From: Candidatus Woesearchaeota archaeon
Lineage (GTDB): Archaea > Nanobdellota > Nanobdellia > Pacearchaeales > GW2011-AR1
Reading direction: 5' to 3'
Assembly: GCA_964576755.1 (NCBI GenBank)
Contig: CAZNUV010000005.1
Location: 2,762 to 66,761, forward strand
DNA: 64,000 nucleotides
The translations under genes were made by a program, and so were the position numbers. Shown piece by piece: positions 19,176-26,529 of the stretch; position 1 is the stretch's first letter; every line of letters begins with the position of its first letter. The notes under the pieces are model-generated. The model did no database searches, had not been told where the DNA came from, and worked only from the letters and a program-made list of their open reading frames with translations.

Positions 19176-19281
19176 ATAATTAAATAAAACAATCAGTTTA
19201 AAAGTGTTTTCTTTATATCTTATTAGAGATTTTTTATAATAAAACAAAAAAGAATAAAAACCCTCTAGATTTAATCATTCT

Positions 19282-19581
19282 ATGGGAGAGGTGATTAGTT
19301 GGCTTTTACATCCATATGAAACTGCTACAGCAGTTCTTACAGGATTGCCCCCCTCATTAGTCGGAAAGGTTGGGGGATTAATTAGTATTTTGCAAGCAAT
19401 TGGTATTGCTTTATTAGCTTATATAATCTTCTTGGCTATTAAAGGGGTTTTAACTTTTAAACGATTAAAAAAAATTTCTAACATTGAGTCTAAGTTAGAA
19501 GAATTGGATAAAAAGATAGATGTTTTAATAAATAGAAATTCTGAAAAATCAGATAAAAAGACAAAAAAAATCAAAAAGTAA
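19282..19581 (+). CDS. Small membrane protein
   Basis: 99-aa ORF with a central TM (LISILQAIGIALLAYIIFLAI) and a Lys-rich tail. No family recognised. Confidence 0.4.
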   Translation: MGEVISWLLHPYETATAVLTGLPPSLVGKVGGLISILQAIGIALLAYIIFLAIKGVLTFKRLKKISNIESKLEELDKKIDVLINRNSEKSDKKTKKIKK

Positions 19582-19582
19582 A

Positions 19583-19942
19583 TTATTTTGTTAGAATAAT
19601 CTCCATTGTAGAAACATTAACCTTTCTTCCTTCTTCGTTTTCAAATTCTTCACTGTCTATGTTAATTTCTTTTACAGTAATGTTTTGATTTTCTAAGAAT
19701 CTTTTTCTAACAACTTCTGCAACATCAACTGCCTTTGAGATAAACTTTCCCCTAGATTTGATAGCAACTTCTGTTGCTCCTTTGGTTGTAAATTGCATTA
19801 CAATCCCAGTAACATAGTTCATAAATGGTTTTCCTCCAATAAAAACTATATTTTCTGCTGTATTTTGCGGTTTTTGTTTTTTTTCTTGTGTAGTTTTTGT
19901 GTTAGCTGTTTCTAATTCTGGTTTTTGTGTTTTTTCTGTCAT
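19583..19942 (-). CDS. albA: Alba (Sso10b-family) chromatin/RNA-binding protein with a Lys/Thr-rich N-terminal extension
   Basis: Alba core NIVFIGGKPFMNYVTGIVMQF...EVAIKSRGKFISKAVDVAEVVRKRF...VSTMEIIL. Start moved to the ATG at 19942, which is preceded by GGAGG. The longer track ORF would overlap rps17e. Confidence 0.8.
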   Translation of the reverse strand: MTEKTQKPELETANTKTTQEKKQKPQNTAENIVFIGGKPFMNYVTGIVMQFTTKGATEVAIKSRGKFISKAVDVAEVVRKRFLENQNITVKEINIDSEEFENEEGRKVNVSTMEIILTK

Positions 19943-19961
19943 TTTAGTCCTCCTTGTAAAT

Positions 19962-20186
19962 TTAGTCTTTAGAGCCGATAGAATCTTCATCAGATTCTGT
20001 TAGCTTATGAGTATTTTTTTTGATTCTAGAAATATACCCTGCAATTTGGTTTCTGAGCCTTTTACTAGGCATTGTTCTACCAAGAGCTTTCTTGTTTTTT
20101 TCAAAGTCTTTATCAAAACTTTCTGGAGTTTCTTCTACTAATTGTCTTGCAGTTCTTTTGATTAAAGTTGTTTTTATTCTTCCCAT
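19962..20186 (-). CDS. rps17e: Ribosomal protein S17e
   Basis: MGRIKTTLIKRTARQLVEE...F..DFE.NKK...RLRNQIAGYISRIKK matches the eS17 N-terminal signature. Confidence 0.85.
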   Translation of the reverse strand: MGRIKTTLIKRTARQLVEETPESFDKDFEKNKKALGRTMPSKRLRNQIAGYISRIKKNTHKLTESDEDSIGSKD

Positions 20187-20231
20187 ATTTATCTTGGTTA
20201 TTCTTGGTTTTTAAATTTTGTTATTCTTTAA

Positions 20232-21158
20232 TTAGTCAATTATATCAGTCTTTATAATGTCTTTGTAATCTTGTAAGAATTCTTGTATATTTTTAGAGTG
20301 TTCTCCACGAGATAGGAAAAAACAAGGCATTTTTTCTTCTATTGCTTTTTGATAGGCTATTGTTAGGTCTCCTGGTGAAACCCTTTTTTTATCTTTAGCA
20401 ATCAACAAAAACTTTAATTTTCCTAAATCTGAGTTTATTCTTACAATAGCAATAACCTGTTTTTTATCTATCTCTACTTCTTTTAAGAGTTCTATATCTT
20501 TTTTAATTAAAAATCCTTTAATCTCTTCTAAGAATTTTATATCCGCTTGTTTTTTATTAAATCCTTTTTTCTCTTTTATTTCTAGGATAGGTTTTTCCTT
20601 TTCTCTTATTTCTTCTTTTACTACAGGTAAATGTGTTTTTTCAAAAGTAATTTGGGCTTCTTTTTTCTGGGGGATTCTATTATGTTGTAGGTCTTCTTGA
20701 TTTTGGTTCGGTTGATATTCTTCATTAGTTCTAGAAATTATATCTCTTATTTCTTCATTAGAAGTTGTGAAATATTTCCAGATTAGTTTATCTTTAAATT
20801 TTAATGGAATTGCAAAATCCTTTAAAGAACGTAAAGCTACTCTTATTGCAGGACTTTCTTCTGAATCAATTAAGATTTTCTTTTGTTTTAACCTAAGGAA
20901 TGCCTCTTTTTTTACATCTTTTAAATAATTTGCAAATTTTTCTAGTTGGTTCTCTTGTCCTGGAATTAGATATAATGGAGAAGACCCTATTTTTATATCA
21001 CTTACCTTCAAAACTTTTTCCCCTAAGAGTTCTGCTAGTATTGCTGAGGTGAACATTGGCGATATTTCTACATGTTTTGATAAAGGAATTGGTAAACTTG
21101 GCCCTTTTTCTTGTAGATAATTAATAATCTTCTCTTTAATTTGTTGAACATCTATCAT
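20232..21158 (-). CDS. Hypothetical protein with a possible N-terminal winged-helix domain
   Basis: 308-aa ORF. The N-terminal ~70 aa look wHTH-like (IINYLQEKGPSLPIPLSKHVEISPMFTSAILAELLGEKVLK). No confident family assignment. Confidence 0.4.
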   Translation of the reverse strand: MIDVQQIKEKIINYLQEKGPSLPIPLSKHVEISPMFTSAILAELLGEKVLKVSDIKIGSSPLYLIPGQENQLEKFANYLKDVKKEAFLRLKQKKILIDSEESPAIRVALRSLKDFAIPLKFKDKLIWKYFTTSNEEIRDIISRTNEEYQPNQNQEDLQHNRIPQKKEAQITFEKTHLPVVKEEIREKEKPILEIKEKKGFNKKQADIKFLEEIKGFLIKKDIELLKEVEIDKKQVIAIVRINSDLGKLKFLLIAKDKKRVSPGDLTIAYQKAIEEKMPCFFLSRGEHSKNIQEFLQDYKDIIKTDIID

Positions 21159-21206
21159 ACTAACTTCCAGGATTAAAGGGATTTTAAATTTTGTTGTAGC
21201 TTTATC

Positions 21207-21725
21207 TTAAGGTTTTATCCAAGATATCTCATAATAAGAAACAGACCCTTCTTCATCTACAATTGCTATTAAAAGGTTTTTTTTAGTTGTATGTGCTACT
21301 CGGTTTTTAGCTGAAAATTCGTGCATGCTTAGTTTATCTGTTTCAAAAACAGTTTGAACAAGCCATCTTGCATGGTCTTTTCCAATTGTTTTCCCTTTTT
21401 CATATACTCTAAATTCAGCACCGAATTTTAATGCGGATTTTAAAATGTATCCTTTTTTTCTTAAATCCTTAAAAACTAGGTACTTGGTCATAAATTTTTT
21501 ATCAAGTCTTTCAAATTTTTTAGCTGATTCTTCTTCACTAAGTATTTTGTTTTTATCATAAATTTCAAGTTTTTTCGTTTTTATTAGAAATAATGCTTCT
21601 GGCAAAAGATAGAATATTTTTTCCCCTATTTTTTCCCCAAATCTTTGACTTGCAAATAAATTTTGTGCTTCTATAGAATTTGAAGAGACCTTACCTCCTA
21701 TGAGATGTGCCTTTATTTTTTCCAT
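21207..21725 (-). CDS. endA: tRNA-splicing endonuclease
   Basis: Catalytic-domain signature YLVFKDLRKKGYILKSALKFGAEFRVYEKG...HARWLV. Size (172 aa) is typical of the homotetrameric archaeal EndA. Confidence 0.8.
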   Translation of the reverse strand: MEKIKAHLIGGKVSSNSIEAQNLFASQRFGEKIGEKIFYLLPEALFLIKTKKLEIYDKNKILSEEESAKKFERLDKKFMTKYLVFKDLRKKGYILKSALKFGAEFRVYEKGKTIGKDHARWLVQTVFETDKLSMHEFSAKNRVAHTTKKNLLIAIVDEEGSVSYYEISWIKP

Positions 21726-21760
21726 ATTTATATTTACAGAGATTAATTAATAAATGTTTC

Positions 21761-22078
21761 TTAAGAACATATTCTTTTTCTGCATTTTTTACATCTCTTC
21801 ATTAGTTCTATTTTATTTTTCTTTTTAGATATTTTTCCAGCTTTAAATATTTTAAATTTAGGTAAGGGAGAATTATGTTTAAATCCCCTTACAATCATTT
21901 CATTGAATATTTCTTTATGCCTTTTAGTTATATTATGGATTTCAATTAAATTATTGGTTATGTATCCTTTAATAGATCTATTTTTATTTAATGTACCCAC
22001 TAACATATGTAATTCTACATGTTCTCCTAATAAGTGCTGATTACACATTTTTTTAGGAGAAATATTCCACATTCTCAT
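21761..22078 (-). CDS. Pyrimidine-dimer DNA glycosylase (DenV)-like family protein
   Basis: N-terminus MRMWNISPKKMCNQHLLGEHVELH resembles the MR(L/I)W...L..QHLLGEH.E signature of this family. Assigned from memory of the motif only. Confidence 0.5.
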   Translation of the reverse strand: MRMWNISPKKMCNQHLLGEHVELHMLVGTLNKNRSIKGYITNNLIEIHNITKRHKEIFNEMIVRGFKHNSPLPKFKIFKAGKISKKKNKIELMKRCKKCRKRICS

Positions 22079-22133
22079 TTTTATTATTTCTCCTAAATAA
22101 AATTTTTTCTTTCAAATAAAAAAATTTATATTT

Positions 22134-22328
22134 TTATTCCTTAGCTACATAATATATCATGTATATTGCTGCAATTCCTACTAGTGAGTAAACTATTCTA
22201 GAGACTACAGACATTGTACCCAACAAGTATGCAACTAAATCAAAGTCTAAAGCACCTTTAAGACCCCAATTCAAACCACCAATGATTACTAAAACTAGTG
22301 CAATCCAATCAAGGGCATTTTTTTTCAT
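22134..22328 (-). CDS. DUF378 small membrane protein
   Basis: 64 aa with two TM helices and the DUF378 hallmark IGGLNWGL. Confidence 0.8.
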   Translation of the reverse strand: MKKNALDWIALVLVIIGGLNWGLKGALDFDLVAYLLGTMSVVSRIVYSLVGIAAIYMIYYVAKE

Positions 22329-22445
22329 TTTTCACCTCTATTAATTTATTTAATTTAAAGTAGGTTATTGATAGTTTACTATAGTAAACAAGGTATTTAA
22401 GGTTTTCTATTTGGAGAATGATAAGGGATATATTGTCTATAGTTT

Positions 22446-22459
22446 ATAGCCCCACCAGG
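22446..22459. repeat. 14-bp copy of the tRNA-Gln 3' end (putative distal att site)
   Basis: atagccccaccagg at 22446-22459 is identical to 27775-27788. That stretch covers the T-stem 3' half, acceptor 3' strand, discriminator and one flanking base of tRNA-Gln. Confidence 0.65.
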
Positions 22460-22759
22460 GTCCTGCACCATCGTGACCGTTTCACGGGATATATTTTATT
22501 ATGTTTCGGCTTTATGTTGTCTTGAATTGGGCTTTATTTATAAATCTTGTCGAGAAGGAGTATATGCATTGAAATAGGTAGATGACTATTTCCAAACTAG
22601 AAATAAGTTAATCCATCTCTGAAGTCTTGATTTATGTTTAAGTTTCTCAATTTCTTCCTTTTGTTTTACAATTTCCTGTTCCAAGTCTTGCCTTACCATT
22701 AGCCATGTTTGAGTAATTTTATTTATAAATCTTGTCGAAATAGAATATATGGATTACTT

Positions 22760-23017
22760 TTAAGCTTCTTTATACATCCACATTAGCATAGGCATAACCT
22801 CCTCATTCTTTAGATTATTGACTTTATTTAGCAATTCTTTAAAATCTCTGCAAAAAACAAGTTTATAAGAAAAAGAAGATCTTTTTTCTTTAAGCTGAGG
22901 AAACTCATCAATTATTTCTTTTTTTAGTCTTATAACATTCCAAGACTGAAAACTTTCTGCATAAGCTATTTTTCCTTCAATATCAATTATTCTCTTTGGT
23001 GCAAGTGTTTTTTTCAT
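22760..23017 (-). CDS. Hypothetical protein (element cargo)
   Basis: 85-aa ORF with no recognisable motifs. Confidence 0.35.
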   Translation of the reverse strand: MKKTLAPKRIIDIEGKIAYAESFQSWNVIRLKKEIIDEFPQLKEKRSSFSYKLVFCRDFKELLNKVNNLKNEEVMPMLMWMYKEA

Positions 23018-23145
23018 TCATTCTCCACCACCTCACACCTCTTAAGTTATATAAATATCGATTACATTCAGCTACTTAAACAAGTTTATAAAAATTTTTG
23101 TAAATTCATGCAAAACCTTATAAATTATGCATTGTTTTACAAAAT

Positions 23146-24090
23146 ATGATAGATGAGACAGACAAGCTTATCCTCTTTGAACTACTTCAAGATTGTAGAC
23201 AGCCTCTTTCTAAAATTGCAAAGACAGTAAAACTATCTCAACAAAGAGTTCATTATAGAATAAAGAAACTTGAAGAACAAGGAGTAATAAAAAAATATAC
23301 CATTAACATTAATTATCCAAAACTAGGATATAGTAGACATTCATTATACTTAGATTTGCTAAGTGTCGACGGAAAAGAAGTTGATAAATATCTTAAACAT
23401 ATTACAGACATAAATGAAGTAAGTTGTTGTTATATGCTACATGATGTTTCAGAATGGAAAATGTATATTTCAGTATGGACAAAAAATATTGAGAGATATG
23501 ACGAGATTCAAACTAAAATAATTTCCAAGTTTCATAAACACATTAAAAATTATATTTCTTTTCAGAGTATTCGTTCGCACACTTACTTTGTTGCAAGAAT
23601 GCTCAATAGAAAAAAAGAAGCTAAATGTGATATAAAAGGAAATCCTGAAAATTTTGAATTAAAAGATATTGATTGGAAAATAATAAATAAGTTAAGAAAG
23701 AAGTCTAATATTCCTATTTTAGAATTAGCTAATTCATTAAAAGTAGATGTAAACACTATAAAAAGGAGAATTGATTTTTTACTTAAAGAAAATATTATTG
23801 AAAGATTTTATACCATTCTTGATTTAAAGAAATTAGACTTGAGAGAGTATACTTTTATTTCTAGGATAAACCCTTCACATAATCATGAAATTGAAAAATT
23901 TATAGAATATGCTAAGAAAGATTATCATTTTGGAATTATAATAAAAGCCGTAGGTTATGTTAATCTTTATTATGCTTTTTATGCTAAAGATAATGCAGAA
24001 TTAAAGTCAATAACTGCGAAAGTAGATAAGATGTTAGGTAAAGCAGTTTTACATACATATAAAATTGAAGTTGAGGATATGATTAGCTAA
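23146..24090 (+). CDS. Tandem Lrp/AsnC-type HTH transcriptional regulator
   Basis: Two copies of the Lrp/AsnC HTH pattern (DKLILFELLQDCRQPLSKIAKTVKLSQQRVHYRIKKLEEQGVIKKY and IDWKIINKLRKKSNIPILELANSLKVDVNTIKRRIDFLLKENIIERF). Each is followed by an RAM-like segment. Confidence 0.7.
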   Translation: MIDETDKLILFELLQDCRQPLSKIAKTVKLSQQRVHYRIKKLEEQGVIKKYTININYPKLGYSRHSLYLDLLSVDGKEVDKYLKHITDINEVSCCYMLHDVSEWKMYISVWTKNIERYDEIQTKIISKFHKHIKNYISFQSIRSHTYFVARMLNRKKEAKCDIKGNPENFELKDIDWKIINKLRKKSNIPILELANSLKVDVNTIKRRIDFLLKENIIERFYTILDLKKLDLREYTFISRINPSHNHEIEKFIEYAKKDYHFGIIIKAVGYVNLYYAFYAKDNAELKSITAKVDKMLGKAVLHTYKIEVEDMIS

Positions 24091-24184
24091 GAAATGAGAA
24101 TAATAATAAAATCTTATTGTGTTACCTCTTATAAGATACAACAAAAACAAAAGATTTAAATACCTTAATTTCTAAGATAAATGC

Positions 24185-24838
24185 ATGGGATTAAACTTAA
24201 ACGGAACAAGAGAACCATACAAAGAATTTTATGGTAGAAATACAGATCAAATGTCAGCTTTAATAGCTGATGCTAGAGTTCCAATGAATGTTTCTCAATT
24301 AATGCAAAAAAGACTTGATGTAAGAAATGCTGATGCAAAAGTTAAATCTGCTTGGATTGATAATTATTTTGATTCAGGAGATGCAGTTGTTTATCATCCT
24401 AACGGAGATGTAAAAGTTGTTCTTGATTCTCAAACATTAAGAGAAATGACTCCTGAAACTCAGAGAAATGGCGGAGCATTAGTTATTGGAGAAGAAGTTT
24501 ATCAAGCATTACAAGGTGAAATATTCAAGAAAGGAAAACTAGGAAAAATAAATGAATGGCTTACAAGAGCACAAGTTAAAGCTCACCCTGTTTGGAAAGT
24601 TTTAGCAAGAGGTCAAACATTACTTAATGATTATACTGATTTTACAGCTGGAGAATATCAAGCAAGATTTGCAAAAGATACACCTTTAGATGATATAACA
24701 ATAATGGGATTTTTCCCAGGTTCTTGTGGCGGAAAGTCTCCAGAAATGCGGGCGTTCTATGTCTATGGGCTTGAGTACGGGTCTGATGTCATTGGCGGGG
24801 GTGCCTTGACTGGTGGCTTGGTCGTCTTGTTGGGTTAG
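24185..24838 (+). CDS. DGR variable (target) protein, apparently truncated by a 1-nt deletion in the VR
   Basis: 217-aa ORF whose last 30 codons are the VR. No signal peptide or TM helix. A stop-free continuation in the +1 frame runs to 24996. Confidence 0.75.
   Translation: MGLNLNGTREPYKEFYGRNTDQMSALIADARVPMNVSQLMQKRLDVRNADAKVKSAWIDNYFDSGDAVVYHPNGDVKVVLDSQTLREMTPETQRNGGALVIGEEVYQALQGEIFKKGKLGKINEWLTRAQVKAHPVWKVLARGQTLLNDYTDFTAGEYQARFAKDTPLDDITIMGFFPGSCGGKSPEMRAFYVYGLEYGSDVIGGGALTGGLVVLLG
24748..24837 (+). repeat. DGR variable repeat (VR)
   Basis: Aligns with 25182-25272. Every substitution falls at a template adenine (17-18 of 26 A positions). No non-A position is substituted, and there is a single 1-nt indel. 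Confidence 0.85.
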
Positions 24839-24851
24839 CACCGGAGGTGCT
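24837..24851 (+). promoter_or_regulatory. GC-rich hairpin immediately 3' of the VR (IMH/cruciform-like)
   Basis: agcacc-gga-ggtgct forms a 6-bp stem with a 3-nt loop, inside a locally GC-rich stretch (gcaccggaggtgcttagtgcgccgggtagtggtgc). This stretch is absent downstream of the TR. Confidence 0.4.
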
Positions 24852-25181
24852 TAGTGCGCCGGGTAGTGGTGCTTCAGCAGTACAAAAATATACTATGGCA
24901 GATTTACAATCATTAGATGCAGGTATAACTAGATTAGAAGGCATTGTCTTGCCAGAATTAGTAAAACCATTTAGAGATATAAGAAAAAAACTTTAAGTCT
25001 TCTATATAAATTCTTATAAACTCTTTATTTTATTTAAAATTACCTAGCTAACTATGCAACAAGGATGCATGGAGCAGACTAGGCTACATGCTCTTTTACT
25101 AAAGCAGAAATGCTATAAAATACAGCTACAACAGAAATGAAGTGGCAATGAAGATAATTTCAAAGTAGAAGAGCTACTATG

Positions 25182-25272
25182 GCGGGCGTTCTATGTCAAT
25201 AGGCTTGAGAACAGGTCTAATGTCAATGGCAGGAATGACTTGACTAATGACAATGGTCGTCTTGTTGAATAA
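25182..25272 (+). repeat. DGR template repeat (TR)
   Basis: Intergenic copy of the VR, 23 nt upstream of the RT-like ORF. In the VR frame it reads RAFYVNRLENRSNVNGRNDLTNDNGRLVE* with seven AAY codons. Confidence 0.85.
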
Positions 25273-25295
25273 TCTAGTCTGCTGTTAGGATTAAA

Positions 25296-26522
25296 ATGTA
25301 TGAACAACTATGCTCACATGAAAATCTTTTATTAGCTTTTAAAAAAGCAAAAAAAGGAAAGACTAAGAAAGATTATATTATTAAATTTAAACGAAATTTA
25401 GAGAATAATTTAATAACTCTAAGACAGGAATTAATTTCTCAAACATATAAACCAAAACCACTTAAAACATTTATTGTTAGAGATCCAAAAACAAGAAAAA
25501 TTTCTAAATCTAAATTTAGAGATAGAATTATTCATCATGCTTTGATAAATATCATTGGAGAGAATAGCCTCAAAGATTTAATTTCTAAAATTTTAACTAA
25601 ATTAAAGGGTGATCGGGCAAGGGCTAAGATAATTGAAAAACAAATAGAATATACTGAGGATTGGAAAGAGAAAAAAGAAACCTCATTAGATCTTTTAAAT
25701 CATTTAATTGAAAAAAGCTTTATTGATAAGGAAGATATAATTAAACCCCTTGGAACATCTCAGATTTTTGCCCTCTACTGCTTTCCTACTACTCCAATCA
25801 TTTCAAAAAATGGAAAAATAAAGTATAGTTTAAATCGAAGAATTTATCCTAATTTTCTAAAAAAATTGGGTTTTATAAGATTACATCTTAGACGGGGGCT
25901 TTTTTATGTCATCCCTCGTGAAAGATTAATCCCTTCTTTACAAAATACTTTTTACTTGAAGCAGTACATTCTTGAAGAGATCGAAAAAACATTTCCAGTA
26001 GAGTGGGAACGATTTTTAAAGGAGCTTAAAAGGAAAAAAAGTCTATTAAATGAATACAATTCCTATAAAAATAAAAGTTATAAGCAGGAATTAAAATTTA
26101 ACATCTTGCTTTTGAATACAGATATCTCAGAGAATAATGTGGGGTATTTATATGGTGAAAGAACGTTTACCAATGATTTTCATAATTTTCTAAATAATCA
26201 GTTAGACTTAAAAAAATTAAATTTTCCTAGAAGTGTTAAAGCAAACATTAGCGAATATATGAAAAATATCTCTATAGTGTTTTTCTTCAAAGGAGAAAAT
26301 ACTACCAATATACAAAAGATTAATGACGTAGAACCAAAATTAAAGAGTGGGCTTTCAATAATCAAATGGACAGATTATTTGGATAAGAATCAAGAAGAAA
26401 TTGCATCTATATTTAAATTGGGTAATCTATCCGAATCTCGAGCAAAAAAATACTCAGAATTATTAATCAAAAAGATTGAAGTATATAGAAATGCCCTTAG
26501 AGAATTAAGAATTAATCTATAA
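25296..26522 (+). CDS. DGR-type reverse-transcriptase-like protein (N-terminal RT motifs present, no YxDD seen)
   Basis: Residues 1-90 match the DGR/retron-type RT N-terminus (ENLLLAFKKAKKGK...YKPKPLKTFIVRDPKTRKISKSKFRDRIIHHALINII). Later there is only faint colinearity (PLGTSQIFALY versus the canonical GxxxSQ motif). No DD pair occurs anywhere in the 408 aa. Confidence 0.65.
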   Translation: MYEQLCSHENLLLAFKKAKKGKTKKDYIIKFKRNLENNLITLRQELISQTYKPKPLKTFIVRDPKTRKISKSKFRDRIIHHALINIIGENSLKDLISKILTKLKGDRARAKIIEKQIEYTEDWKEKKETSLDLLNHLIEKSFIDKEDIIKPLGTSQIFALYCFPTTPIISKNGKIKYSLNRRIYPNFLKKLGFIRLHLRRGLFYVIPRERLIPSLQNTFYLKQYILEEIEKTFPVEWERFLKELKRKKSLLNEYNSYKNKSYKQELKFNILLLNTDISENNVGYLYGERTFTNDFHNFLNNQLDLKKLNFPRSVKANISEYMKNISIVFFFKGENTTNIQKINDVEPKLKSGLSIIKWTDYLDKNQEEIASIFKLGNLSESRAKKYSELLIKKIEVYRNALRELRINL

Positions 26523-26529
26523 AATACAT

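Noticed and set aside
22397-22410. taaggttttctat on the left flank of the element resembles taaggttttcttat at the start of each 46-bp repeat unit on the right flank.
   Set aside because: It is only about 12-13 nt of AT-rich sequence with an indel, and the relative geometry does not fit a simple duplication. It is probably chance, although a proper dot-plot would settle it.
22425-22495. A 10-bp direct repeat gggatatatt (22425-22434 and 22486-22495) flanks the att remnant and a GC-rich segment. I considered it as a target-site duplication of a tiny insertion.
   Set aside because: It is short and AT-rich, and the enclosed 51 bp has no terminal inverted repeats or other MITE-like features. The evidence is insufficient to call it an insertion.
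25296-26522. Considered a group II intron or retron as the explanation for the RT-like ORF.
   Set aside because: I saw no intron RNA domain V/VI-like structure, no maturase/endonuclease domain, and no msr/msd-type inverted repeats. The adjacent A-specific TR/VR pair explains the RT far better as a DGR.
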